Shown one piece after another: positions 1 through 9,232 of a stretch of 64,000 bases of DNA (the first letter of the stretch is position 1; the number at the start of each line of letters is the position of its first letter). The stretch covers positions 480,001-544,000 of the forward strand of contig CAWBMP010000002.1 in NCBI GenBank assembly GCA_963790025.1. Direction: 5' to 3'. The notes below the pieces were generated by a model that worked only from the letters and a program-made list of their open reading frames with translations, ran no database searches and was not told the origin of the DNA. A program made the position numbers and the translations under genes. The DNA comes from Nitrospirota bacterium (lineage in GTDB: Bacteria > Nitrospirota > Thermodesulfovibrionia > Thermodesulfovibrionales > Dissulfurispiraceae).

Positions 1-1082
1 GGGAAATTCTCCATATGAGGCCCGCAGACAACAGCCTTTCCCCAGAATGCCGGTTCCAGCGGATTTTGACCCCCATGTTCAATAAAACTGCCACCTATGA
101 CCGCAATATCAGCAGTTCCGTAAACAGAAGAAAGTTCACCCATAACGTCAAGAACAACAACAAAACCCGAAATTTTTTCTTCCCCGCGTCCCAAATCCGA
201 TCTCTTAACATATTCCAGCCCCTTTTTCATTACCAGTTCCTCTACTGCCTTGAAACGCTCGGGGTGCCTTGGCGCAATAATAAGATTGAGACGGGGAAAG
301 TCGGATTTTAAACGTAGAAAGGCATCGAGAACCACAGCCTCTTCGGTTTCGTGCGTACTTCCTGCAATTATGACAGGGCCGCAAAGTACTCCAGTCCATT
401 CCGGCACAGCGGAAGATGGCCGTGTATCGAATTTCAAGCTGCCGATGACCTTTATCCGTCCAGGTTCCGCGCCAAGGCTCCTGAATCGTTCAGCATAAAT
501 GTCATCCTGTACACAGAGAAGACTGATGTCATGGAGGACCTCTCTGATAAAGAAAACCACTTTTTTATACCTCTTATATGAACGTTCGGATAGTCTGCCG
601 TTCATAAGCACCACAGGAACATTACTTTCTTTCAAAATCCTGATAATATGGGGCCACAATTCGGTCTCCATTATAATAAATGCAGAAGGCCTTATATGAT
701 GCAACGCATTTGTAACGGCAAAAGGCAGGTCGAAAGGTACGTAAATAATTTGGGCATAGGCCCCGACCCGGTCCCTCGCAACCTTCTGCCCTGTGTCAGT
801 CACCGTTGAAATAATAATATCCAGAGACGGATATCTCTGTTTTATATTTTTTATCAGGGAAACCGATGCAATAACCTCACCGACTGAAACTGCATGGATC
901 CAGACAGGACCCTTTAAAGTGTTGGAGGATTGAGGGTTAAGGTTGGGGTTTTCTTTATTGTATATGCCGAAACGTTCCCGCAGCCATCGTTTCCTCAGTT
1001 TCCCCGCCCGTTTTAAATATTCAAAGGGCAGGAGAAACACCAGTGCCAAAGTATAAACCGCGCTGTATAACATATATGTCAT
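1..1082 (-). CDS. waaA: Kdo transferase WaaA/KdtA, 3' end outside window
   Basis: Absent from the ORF track because no stop lies in the window. Manual translation from ATG 1082 gives VWIHAVSVGEVIAS...ISTVTDTG and, near the left edge, IGGSFIEHGGQNPLEPAFWG, both KdtA motifs. Follows lpxB. Confidence 0.93.
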   Translation of the reverse strand, partial: MTYMLYSAVYTLALVFLLPFEYLKRAGKLRKRWLRERFGIYNKENPNLNPQSSNTLKGPVWIHAVSVGEVIASVSLIKNIKQRYPSLDIIISTVTDTGQKVARDRVGAYAQIIYVPFDLPFAVTNALHHIRPSAFIIMETELWPHIIRILKESNVPVVLMNGRLSERSYKRYKKVVFFIREVLHDISLLCVQDDIYAERFRSLGAEPGRIKVIGSLKFDTRPSSAVPEWTGVLCGPVIIAGSTHETEEAVVLDAFLRLKSDFPRLNLIIAPRHPERFKAVEELVMKKGLEYVKRSDLGRGEEKISGFVVVLDVMGELSSVYGTADIAVIGGSFIEHGGQNPLEPAFWGKAVVCGPHMENF

Positions 1083-1137
1083 TTAGCCGCTTAAAGCCTG
1101 AGGATTGAGGTCTGAAGCGTCCTCTAACCTCAATCCT

Positions 1138-2316
1138 CTAACCTCCAACCAGTTTCTCCACCATTTCAGCAACTCGCAGCGATGCGTTCCTGTTCAGGAA
1201 AAGCGACCGGACTTTTTGCATTTGTAAAAGCATTGCAGACCTGTATTCATGATCGTCCGATATGCGGATAAGCTCTTCCATAATGTTTTTTTTATTCGCC
1301 TCCCCCTGCAGCAATTCCCTGATCCTGAGCCCTGAGTCATCCGGGACCGATTTATCGAGCAGGATATTTGCAAGAGAAACATGGCTGACTTTGACAACAA
1401 GCCTGCCTACCAAGTAGGTAAAAGGCGATAGTTTGTAGACAACGGCCATGGGCACCCCCAAAAGCGCCGCCTGGAGGGTAGCTGTGCCGGACGCAATAAG
1501 GGCGCTGTCAGCTGAAAGAAGCGCCTTGATAGCGTCATCGGTAATGACCAATGAGTGATCAGTCAATTCCATTAACTCATTTCTAATTGCCGATAACGCA
1601 TCACTGCTCAAGTTAGGCGCAACTGGAAGCACAAACTGATATTCAGCGGACCGCTTTTTCAGTGCTGCAGCAACAGCGGACATTACCGGCAGGAGTTTTT
1701 TCACCTCGTGAGGCCTGCTGCCCGGCATTAATACCATAACCGGCCGGTCAGGTTGCAGGCCCAAATCTCTTTTGATTTCGAGAGGGGAAACGCCTCCTGT
1801 GTTGGCGACCACCTCTGCAATCTCATCCATTATCGGGTGGCCCACGAACTCGCAGTGAATGCCGGAGCTACGGTACAGCTCAGTCTCGAAAGGGAGTATT
1901 ACCGCCATTGCATCTACCAGTTTGCCGATAGTCGTAATCCTCTTCGTTCTCCAGGCCCAAACCTGAGGGCTAACATAATAAAGCACTTTTATACCACGTT
2001 TTTTAGCTTCCCGGGCAACAGGTATGTTGAAATCGGGATAATCTATAAGCACGATAACCTGAGGGTCAAATGACGTGAATGCCGAAACAATTTTTTGGAA
2101 CGTTTTTTTGATTTTACCGAAAGTCCTTACCGCTTCAATCAGACCAAAAGAACTCGCTATTGCCGATATAAGTTCCACCCCTGCCGATTTCATTCTTTCT
2201 CCGCCTACACCGGCAATGCGCAAAGAGGGATTATGTGACTTGAGTGCTTTGGCAAGGAGGGCGCCGTAGAGTTCACCGGAACTCTCGCCGGCGATTATCA
2301 TCAGTCTTTCAAGCAT
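1138..2316 (-). CDS. lpxB: Lipid-A-disaccharide synthase
   Basis: IAGESSGELYG, LIDYPDFN, YVSPQVWAWR, FVGHP, PGSRPHE, ASGTATL motifs. Confidence 0.96.
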   Translation of the reverse strand: MLERLMIIAGESSGELYGALLAKALKSHNPSLRIAGVGGERMKSAGVELISAIASSFGLIEAVRTFGKIKKTFQKIVSAFTSFDPQVIVLIDYPDFNIPVAREAKKRGIKVLYYVSPQVWAWRTKRITTIGKLVDAMAVILPFETELYRSSGIHCEFVGHPIMDEIAEVVANTGGVSPLEIKRDLGLQPDRPVMVLMPGSRPHEVKKLLPVMSAVAAALKKRSAEYQFVLPVAPNLSSDALSAIRNELMELTDHSLVITDDAIKALLSADSALIASGTATLQAALLGVPMAVVYKLSPFTYLVGRLVVKVSHVSLANILLDKSVPDDSGLRIRELLQGEANKKNIMEELIRISDDHEYRSAMLLQMQKVRSLFLNRNASLRVAEMVEKLVGG

Positions 2317-3398
2317 GCCCGGATAGCATCAGCGATACATTGTATATCTGCGGCCTCAAGCTCGGGATACATAGGCAGCGAGAGCACTTCCTTTGAAACC
2401 TGCTCCGTCACCGGGAAACTTCCTTCTTCACAGCCCAGATATTCCAGGGCCTTCTGCATATGGAGAGGTATGGGGTAATAAACGACCGACGCTATGCCCT
2501 GCTCCTTCAACCGCTGCTGGATATAATCCCGTCTGGAACTCCTGATAGTATACTGGTGATAGACATGAAACGCGCCTGGCCGCTCTACCGGGCAGATAAC
2601 GCTGCCTGCAAGCAGCCGGTTATACAGATGGGCGTTCTCGCGCCTTCTGCCGTTGTACTCATCGATCCTCCTGAATTTGACCAGAAGAATCCCCGCCTGT
2701 ATTTCGTCAAGCCTGCTGTTATAGCCGATACACTCATGCCGGTAGCCGCCTCTGGAGCCGTGATTCCTCAACATTTTTATTGCAGCGGCAGCCTCCAGGT
2801 CGTTAAGCAGGATCATCCCCCCGTCACCGCAGGCCCCTAGATTTTTGCTCGGGTAAAAGCTGAAACATCCGGCATCACCGAAGCTTCCCGTTTTCCTCCC
2901 TTGCAACGACGCTCCGAAAGACTGCGCGCAATCTTCCACCACCTTCAGGCCGCTGACAGCGGCAATATCCATAATGTTTTCCATGTCGGCAGGATGTCCG
3001 AAAATATGGACCGGGAGGATTGCCTTCGTATGTTTTGTTATCTTTTTCTCTATGAGCGTCGGGTCAATATTGCATGTTTCATGGTCGATATCGACAAAGA
3101 CCGGTTTGGCGCCGGTATATAAAATCGCCTCAACAGTGGCAAAAAAAGTGAAGGGACTTGTAATAACCTCATCTCCTGTCCCTATGCCGAAAGACTTCAA
3201 TGCCAGGTGAAGGGCATCAGTGCCGGAAGCAACTCCAATTGCCTCCTTCACTACATGATAGTCCCTGATGTCCGCTTCAAGCTCCGAAACTTTTTTACCG
3301 AGGACGTATTGTGAGCTTTCGAGTATTTCATTTACGACATGCAGGATCTCATCCTTAATCCCAGCGTACTGTTTTTTTAAATCTATCATAGGTTTCAT
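2301..3398 (-). CDS. DegT/DnrJ/EryC1/StrS PLP aminotransferase, GnnB-like (UDP-3-keto-GlcNAc aminotransferase)
   Basis: ASGTDALHLAL, EDCAQSFG, SFYPSKNLG motifs. Start moved to ATG 3398 (MKPMIDLK). Lies between an oxidoreductase and lpxB. Confidence 0.88.
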   Translation of the reverse strand: MKPMIDLKKQYAGIKDEILHVVNEILESSQYVLGKKVSELEADIRDYHVVKEAIGVASGTDALHLALKSFGIGTGDEVITSPFTFFATVEAILYTGAKPVFVDIDHETCNIDPTLIEKKITKHTKAILPVHIFGHPADMENIMDIAAVSGLKVVEDCAQSFGASLQGRKTGSFGDAGCFSFYPSKNLGACGDGGMILLNDLEAAAAIKMLRNHGSRGGYRHECIGYNSRLDEIQAGILLVKFRRIDEYNGRRRENAHLYNRLLAGSVICPVERPGAFHVYHQYTIRSSRRDYIQQRLKEQGIASVVYYPIPLHMQKALEYLGCEEGSFPVTEQVSKEVLSLPMYPELEAADIQCIADAIRACLKD

Positions 3399-4321
3399 TA
3401 TAGTCCCCACCCCTGTTTTATATGTGACCCTGCCTGAAGAGCAATTTTCAATGCGTTGCGGCCCCTTATCGCGCACACAACCGGCCTGCTTCTGCTGCCG
3501 ACGCATTTGACAAAACCTTTCAGTTCCTCTTTAAGAGGTTCTTTTCTTTCAACCAGGATGGATTCGCTGACAATCCCGTCTCCCCGCCTGAAAAATTTTA
3601 TTATTTCCATCCGCTGGTAGTCCATAACAAGATATGAATCCTTTTGAAAAACGGTGAGCTTTCTCGATTTATCAGATGCTATCCTGCTCGCCGCAAGGAG
3701 CGCATGAGTCCCATTGTCAAACTCAAGCCACACTTTCGCGACGTCGATGGTATCGGTCATCACTTTTGAGCCCGCAGCTTTCACATCACTTACCACCATT
3801 CCGTCCATTATAGAAAGCACAATCTCGATGTCATGGATCATGAGGTCAAGAGTGATATCAACGTCAACCCCTCTCCCCTGAAATGGGGACAGGCGCTCTG
3901 CCTCGATAAACGTGGGAGCATTCAGTAAGGGATACAATGCCGACACAACCGGATTAAACTGCTCCAGATGGCCTATCTGTATAAGCGTGCCTGCCTCATC
4001 GGAGGCCGCAATGAGCCGGTCTGCTTCCTCTATTGTGACAGTAATGGGCTTTTCGATCAGTATATCCTTGCCTGCCCGTATACAATCCATAGCTACGGAA
4101 TAATGGAAAGTCGTCGGAGTGACTATGCTCACGGCATCCACTTCATTTAGAAGTTCATGATAATCGGTATACGCTTTGCACCCGTATTTTGCGGCTATCT
4201 CACCGGCACGGTTTCCGTCTGTATCAGCAACAGCAAACATCCTGACATCATCGAGTTCTGAAAAAATGCGGGCATGGTGCTGCCCAAGGTACCCGACTCC
4301 GATTACTCCAACATTCAACAT
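3398..4321 (-). CDS. Gfo/Idh/MocA oxidoreductase, GnnA-like (UDP-GlcNAc 3-dehydrogenase)
   Basis: GVGYLGQHHAR, IEKP, DLMIHDI motifs; gnnA-gnnB-lpxB order. Confidence 0.85.
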   Translation of the reverse strand: MLNVGVIGVGYLGQHHARIFSELDDVRMFAVADTDGNRAGEIAAKYGCKAYTDYHELLNEVDAVSIVTPTTFHYSVAMDCIRAGKDILIEKPITVTIEEADRLIAASDEAGTLIQIGHLEQFNPVVSALYPLLNAPTFIEAERLSPFQGRGVDVDITLDLMIHDIEIVLSIMDGMVVSDVKAAGSKVMTDTIDVAKVWLEFDNGTHALLAASRIASDKSRKLTVFQKDSYLVMDYQRMEIIKFFRRGDGIVSESILVERKEPLKEELKGFVKCVGSRSRPVVCAIRGRNALKIALQAGSHIKQGWGL

Positions 4322-4950
4322 TTCGCCGCCCCTAGTATTTTCAACACTTTGCTTTTTGCCTTTCTGACACCTTCTTTTCTGAAAGTTTCAATCGTTTCGG
4401 GTGCAGCGATTTCTTTTATGACCCGTTTTCTCGTCCGCTCGTCTGCAATATCTCTTAACGCATTCTTCCTCTGTTTCCCCAGAAAATCGACAAATGCACC
4501 GAACTTGTTATTGTACAGTAGTTCCAGTTCCTTTCTGATGCTTTTTGCCAAAGCAGGGCTGGCGCCCGACGTAGATACGGCAAGTGCCAGAGGTCCCTTT
4601 TTTATGACTGAAGGGACAATAAAGTTGGCAAGTTCAGGCGCGTCGACTACATTTAAAAGACACGGAGCATCAAGGGAAACTTCCCGGTTGACCCGCTCAT
4701 CCGATGTGGCAGCAATAACAAGAAAGGCATTTTCGAGATCACCCTTCCTGTATTTCCTTTTTATATATGTTATCCGCTTTCTGCCGGCATATTTCGCAAC
4801 CATACCGGTCACAGACGGACTTATTACCGTAACTTTTGCCCCGGAACGAAGCAGCGCAGCGACTTTTCTCTCAGCTATTTTCCCACCGCCGATAACAATG
4901 CATGGCCTTTCTCTCAGGTCTATGAAGGCAGGATAGTAATGATAATTCAC
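4315..4950 (-). CDS. Precorrin-2 dehydrogenase/sirohydrochlorin ferrochelatase (SirC/Met8/CysG N-terminal-like)
   Basis: YYPAFIDL, IGGGKIAERK, NVVDAPELANFIVPS, STSGASPALAK. Probable GTG start at 4950. Confidence 0.88.
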   Translation of the reverse strand: MNYHYYPAFIDLRERPCIVIGGGKIAERKVAALLRSGAKVTVISPSVTGMVAKYAGRKRITYIKRKYRKGDLENAFLVIAATSDERVNREVSLDAPCLLNVVDAPELANFIVPSVIKKGPLALAVSTSGASPALAKSIRKELELLYNNKFGAFVDFLGKQRKNALRDIADERTRKRVIKEIAAPETIETFRKEGVRKAKSKVLKILGAAKC

Positions 4951-4957
4951 TGTACTG

Positions 4958-5713
4958 CTAACCCTGAACACCCTTCCTGGCTTCTTTAACAAACTCGCTA
5001 GCAGGATACTTTTCGATGAGCGTTTGAAATGCCTCCCGGGCCTTGTCAGTCATTTTAAGTGCTTTATATGATTTGCCGAGCAGCAGCAAAGTATGATCAG
5101 CGCCCTGATAGTCGGGGAATTGCGTGAGCAGTGCCTCGAACCTGCTTATTGCAGCGCGATATGATTCTTTCTTATAGTAGAATTGTCCAACATAAAATTC
5201 GCCGTCTGCAATTATGTTCTTGCACTTCTCCGTCCTGAGCGTGATGATCTCCCGATAAGGGTTTCGCGGATAAAGCTCTTTTAAACGAGTAAATTCCTGC
5301 TGGGCTTTTCGTGCAGCGCCGAGCCCCCTGTCGGAACCTTCTATCTGCGAGAAGTAAGCCATTGCAATCTGGTACTGAACATATGACGCCTGCTGGTTGT
5401 CTGGATAGAGTTCAAGAAATTTTCTGTATTCCTCGATTCCATGATCAGGGTCACCATCTTTTATATAGGAATCCGCAATCCTCAACTGTGCAAGCGGGGC
5501 ATACTTCTTCGATGTGTCCCTGTTCTTTACCTCGAGCAGGACCTTTCGTGCCTCATCGTACTGGTTATCATCAATGAGTTTGGCGGCCCTGGCAAGAAAT
5601 TTTTCAGAATCAAAGTCCTCATCCTTCTTGACCTGCTTCCCGCTGCATCCGCCAAACACCGCAACAAGCGCAATAAGAAGAATTAAAGCAGCTAACATCC
5701 TGATTTTTCTCAT
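4958..5713 (-). CDS. bamD: Outer membrane protein assembly lipoprotein BamD
   Basis: Lipobox FGGC, TPR repeats, AQLRIADSY, YPRNPY, EFYVGQFYYKK...AAISRF. Confidence 0.88.
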   Translation of the reverse strand: MRKIRMLAALILLIALVAVFGGCSGKQVKKDEDFDSEKFLARAAKLIDDNQYDEARKVLLEVKNRDTSKKYAPLAQLRIADSYIKDGDPDHGIEEYRKFLELYPDNQQASYVQYQIAMAYFSQIEGSDRGLGAARKAQQEFTRLKELYPRNPYREIITLRTEKCKNIIADGEFYVGQFYYKKESYRAAISRFEALLTQFPDYQGADHTLLLLGKSYKALKMTDKAREAFQTLIEKYPASEFVKEARKGVQG

Positions 5714-5744
5714 ACTAGATATTTAAACCTTTACCGCCTTCTTA

Positions 5745-5784
5745 AGTCAAGACTTTGACTTCTCAGCAGCCTATATTTTAAACT
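5745..5784. promoter_or_regulatory. Back-to-back -35-like TTGACT hexamers in the divergent bamD / FG-GAP intergenic region
   Basis: AGTCAA-gact-TTGACT at 5745-5760; the plus-strand TTGACT is followed 18 nt later by TAAACT. Confidence 0.35.
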
Positions 5785-5859
5785 GTTTAATACCTAAATG
5801 TATGATGAAAAAAAAGCATCCCTAAGTGTAATCCAGCAAAAATCCGGAGGATTAATTCA

Positions 5860-7575
5860 ATGCTCCAAAAAATAGGAGTTAGTACGCTCTTCTCGTGTTT
5901 ACTTTTGCTATGTTTTGCACAGCGGGGTTTTTCCGAGCAACCCGCCGTTCAAAACGACGCAGCGGCCGCTCTAAAATCATTGAAGGACGAAACACTCTCT
6001 TACTTCGAACCTGTAGCTGGGACAGTTACCTATGTTGAAGGCAACTCAGTGAAAATCCAGCCCGGGTCGCAAGGGTCCTTGAAAACAGGCATGCGGCTTA
6101 CGGCCTACAAAGAGGGAGCATCCTTTATTCATCCTGTTACAAAAGAGCCCCTCGGGAAGATAGAACTCCCTATCGGGTCAATTGAAGTCACCTCGGTTGC
6201 TCAGCAAAATGTGACTGGAGTTATTGTTAAAGGAAAACCGGAACATTTTGCTGAAGCAAGGCTTAAGATCCCCTCTACCAAAGTCAAAGTGCTGTTTTAC
6301 CAGGGCGATATCGATTGGTTTCTCGGCGACGCGTACTATCAGATGCTTAAGAAGACGGATCGTTTTGAGCTCATCGACACGGGCCTCGAAACAAATGATA
6401 TTTCCAGGATTCTGACCGACGCAAAGGCCAAGGGCGCTGACGCAGCTTTAATACTGCGTTCCGAGACTTCTGCCGAACGTGTAGACCTCAAACAGGACCT
6501 TTTCTGGGTAGGAGACGAAAAGGCATTTTCAGAAAAATCGGTTTCGGCTGACAAGATCAGCGTTAAAGAATTGAGATTCAATGCAGGCCTTTTTATACCC
6601 AGCGAGGGAGAGATATTGCTGACCTTCCACCTGCCTTATAAGGCGAACCGTATAGCGGCAGGCGATCTCGAAGGCAACGGGAATATGGAGATATTGCTGG
6701 CTTACGGCAATAAGATAAGAACATACAAGCCTGGAACCGATCTTAAGGCAACGGAAGAGTTCACTTTACCCGTAAACGAGATTCTCTGGATAGATGCAAC
6801 CGATCTTAACAGGGACGGCAAGGACCAGATACTTATTACTGCCATGCAGGGAGACGAGGTGATCTCATATGTCTATGAATTACAGAATTCAAAATTTGTC
6901 CAGCTGCTAAAGATGAAAGACTGGTTTTTAAGGAAGCTCGATAATAAGACAATCTCACAGGAATTCAGCAAACGAGAGGGCTATGAAGGGCCTGTATACT
7001 TCTTTAACTTTACAAATGGCACCTTCAAAAAGGGAGAGACCCTCAAGCTGCCTGCCGGCGTAAATATTTATGACTTCCAGCGTTTCACTTCACCCGGAGG
7101 GAAGCAGTCGATCGCAGCATGGGACGAAAACGGCTTTCTGAGCGTTTATAATGATAAAGGCCTGCGCTTGTGGATGAGCAAAGAAGACTTCGGCGGCTTC
7201 CCGATATCCTTCAGCAAAGAGGCCGGAATGTTTGTCGACCGGGGGAAGTGGTCGATAAAAGACAGGCTGCTGGTATCAAACAACGAACTGCTTGCACCCA
7301 GACGCAAACCGCTCATCGGTTCTTTCAGTGCGTTTAAAGTGCTCGGATTAGGATATGGGTCATCATCGATAAAGGGTTTATGGTGGAATGGCTCTGCTAT
7401 TGAAGAGAGAGATTTTATAAAAAATGCAGGAGGGGAAATACTCGATTACTATATGCTGGGTGACCGGATGGCTATACTTACAAAAGGGTCCGTCACCACC
7501 AGGGCGATAAATATATTTAAGGGAGAAAGCCCTTTCGGTTCCACTCTGTATATATATTCACTGAAGGGGAGATGA
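5860..7575 (+). CDS. Secreted hypothetical protein with FG-GAP/VCBS-like repeats
   Basis: Signal peptide; GDLEGNGNMEI and DLNRDGKDQI Ca-blade motifs; HPVTKEPLG motif; GGAGG RBS. Confidence 0.75.
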   Translation: MLQKIGVSTLFSCLLLLCFAQRGFSEQPAVQNDAAAALKSLKDETLSYFEPVAGTVTYVEGNSVKIQPGSQGSLKTGMRLTAYKEGASFIHPVTKEPLGKIELPIGSIEVTSVAQQNVTGVIVKGKPEHFAEARLKIPSTKVKVLFYQGDIDWFLGDAYYQMLKKTDRFELIDTGLETNDISRILTDAKAKGADAALILRSETSAERVDLKQDLFWVGDEKAFSEKSVSADKISVKELRFNAGLFIPSEGEILLTFHLPYKANRIAAGDLEGNGNMEILLAYGNKIRTYKPGTDLKATEEFTLPVNEILWIDATDLNRDGKDQILITAMQGDEVISYVYELQNSKFVQLLKMKDWFLRKLDNKTISQEFSKREGYEGPVYFFNFTNGTFKKGETLKLPAGVNIYDFQRFTSPGGKQSIAAWDENGFLSVYNDKGLRLWMSKEDFGGFPISFSKEAGMFVDRGKWSIKDRLLVSNNELLAPRRKPLIGSFSAFKVLGLGYGSSSIKGLWWNGSAIEERDFIKNAGGEILDYYMLGDRMAILTKGSVTTRAINIFKGESPFGSTLYIYSLKGR

Positions 7576-7580
7576 TTTTA

Positions 7581-7650
7581 GTGTCTGTGTCAGTAATAAG
7601 TGTCAGTTTAAGGATTCCTTCACTGGCACTGACACTAGACGCTGACACTT
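7581..7650. repeat. Short palindromic dispersed repeat (GTGTCA-type arms, TTTAAGGATTCCT core), copy 1
   Basis: Arms AGTGTCAG / CTGACACT; related copy at 45538-45596. Confidence 0.7.
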
Positions 7651-7662
7651 AGAGAACACGTT

Positions 7663-8418
7663 ATGGAAGAAAGAAACATACCCAAACATATAGGCATCAT
7701 TATGGACGGTAACGGCAGATGGGCAGAGTTGAGAGGATTGCCGCGGTCTGAAGGCCACAAGCGCGGCGTGGAAAGGGTGCATGAAATAGTGGAGGCTGTG
7801 AAAGAAGTGCGGGTGGAGGTCCTTTCTCTCTATGCCTTTTCCATAGAGAACTGGATGCGGCCCGAGGAAGAGATTGAGGTCATTATGGAGCTCCTCGAGT
7901 CCACTCTCAAAAAAGAGTTCGAAAATTTCATGAAAGAAGGTATCCGGTTCAGGATTATCGGTAACAGGGAAAAACTGCATGATAATATCAGGGCCGTTAT
8001 AGAGATAGCGGAACATGAGACCAGAAATAACAGCAATCTTCTTTTTCAGTGCGCACTCAGCTATGGGGGAAGGGACGAGATAATCAGGGCAGTCAAAAAA
8101 GCAATTGCAATGGGTGCCGGACCTGACGATATCACCGAAAACTATATAGCGGGCTTGCTTGACACTGCCGGGATCCCTGATCCTGACCTCATCATAAGGA
8201 CCAGCGGAGAACAGCGGCTCAGCAACTTTCTCCTTTGGCAATCGGCGTATTCGGAATTCTATTTCACGACTACATTGTGGCCAGACTTCACGAGAGAAGA
8301 ACTGCTCGATGCCATTCACGAATACCGGACCAGGAGCAGGCGTTTTGGCAGAGTTGACGGCCCCCGGAATCCTTTTGTTGAAGGATTTCCCGGGATCCCC
8401 GACAAGTGGGGTGTTTAA
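7663..8418 (+). CDS. uppS: Undecaprenyl diphosphate synthase
   Basis: HIGIIMDGNGRWA, YAFSIENWMRP, PDLIIRTSGEQRLSNFLLWQ. Confidence 0.97.
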   Translation: MEERNIPKHIGIIMDGNGRWAELRGLPRSEGHKRGVERVHEIVEAVKEVRVEVLSLYAFSIENWMRPEEEIEVIMELLESTLKKEFENFMKEGIRFRIIGNREKLHDNIRAVIEIAEHETRNNSNLLFQCALSYGGRDEIIRAVKKAIAMGAGPDDITENYIAGLLDTAGIPDPDLIIRTSGEQRLSNFLLWQSAYSEFYFTTTLWPDFTREELLDAIHEYRTRSRRFGRVDGPRNPFVEGFPGIPDKWGV

Positions 8419-8422
8419 CACC

Positions 8423-9232
8423 ATGCACTTGAAAAGAGTCATTGTCGCTCTCATTGCACTGCCCCTGTTCTACTTCTATATTGCAAAACTTTCGCCCCTT
8501 TACTTTCTTTTCCTCCTGCTCCTTGTCAGCTCGATTGCGCAGGCCGAATTCTATTCCATGTACAAAACCGACAGATTGCTCTCTTTGATCGGAATATTAA
8601 GCGGCATTTTCATTCTCTGTACTCCCTTTTTAGTGATGCGCTTCCCCCGCCTCCAGTCCCACTTCAGAGGCTTACAAACGTTTTTCCTTATACTCTCGTT
8701 TATGCTGATTGCACTGGCCAGGCTCTTTGCGAAAAAAGGCCCTCTTGCGTCTTTGAAAGACATTGCACCAGCTGTTGTCGGCATCTTTTATATTCCCAAC
8801 CTGTTAATCGCCCAATGGTATCTGAGACTGGAAGGATACGAATGGATTTTGTTTTTATACGGCTGCGTCTATACTGCCGATAGCATGGCTTATTACATCG
8901 GCAAGGGCATAGGGAAGAGAAAGCTCTATTGCGCAGTGAGCCCGAACAAGACCGTTGCAGGGGCTGTGGGTTCGCTGGCGGGAGGCGTGATTGCATCGCT
9001 TATTCTTGGCTCTGTGCTGCTTAAACATAGGGGCGTGCCTGATCTTTTTGTATTCGGCGGAGTTATCGGCGCTATAACAATTGCCGGAGACCTTGTCGAA
9101 TCCATGTTTAAGCGTGACGCAAACATTAAAGATTCCGGCTCTTTTATTCCAGGTCACGGAGGGGTACTTGATAAAATAGACGGGGCGCTCTTCGCAGGGC
9201 CTGTCTTATACTGGGTAACACTCTGGCTATGA
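8423..9232 (+). CDS. cdsA: Phosphatidate cytidylyltransferase
   Basis: VSPNKT, GDLVESMFKRDANIKDSG..IPGHGGVLD signature; start ATG 8423. Confidence 0.95.
   Translation: MHLKRVIVALIALPLFYFYIAKLSPLYFLFLLLLVSSIAQAEFYSMYKTDRLLSLIGILSGIFILCTPFLVMRFPRLQSHFRGLQTFFLILSFMLIALARLFAKKGPLASLKDIAPAVVGIFYIPNLLIAQWYLRLEGYEWILFLYGCVYTADSMAYYIGKGIGKRKLYCAVSPNKTVAGAVGSLAGGVIASLILGSVLLKHRGVPDLFVFGGVIGAITIAGDLVESMFKRDANIKDSGSFIPGHGGVLDKIDGALFAGPVLYWVTLWL

Noticed and set aside
15..699. Short ORFs listed at the left edge
   Set aside because: All overlap the minus-strand waaA frame, which the ORF track omits because its stop lies outside the window.
7603..8454. 283-aa minus-strand ORF, and similar long antisense ORFs such as 4274-4936, 59442-60131 and 61913-62662
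   Set aside because: Shadow frames opposite well-conserved genes, with no motifs of their own.
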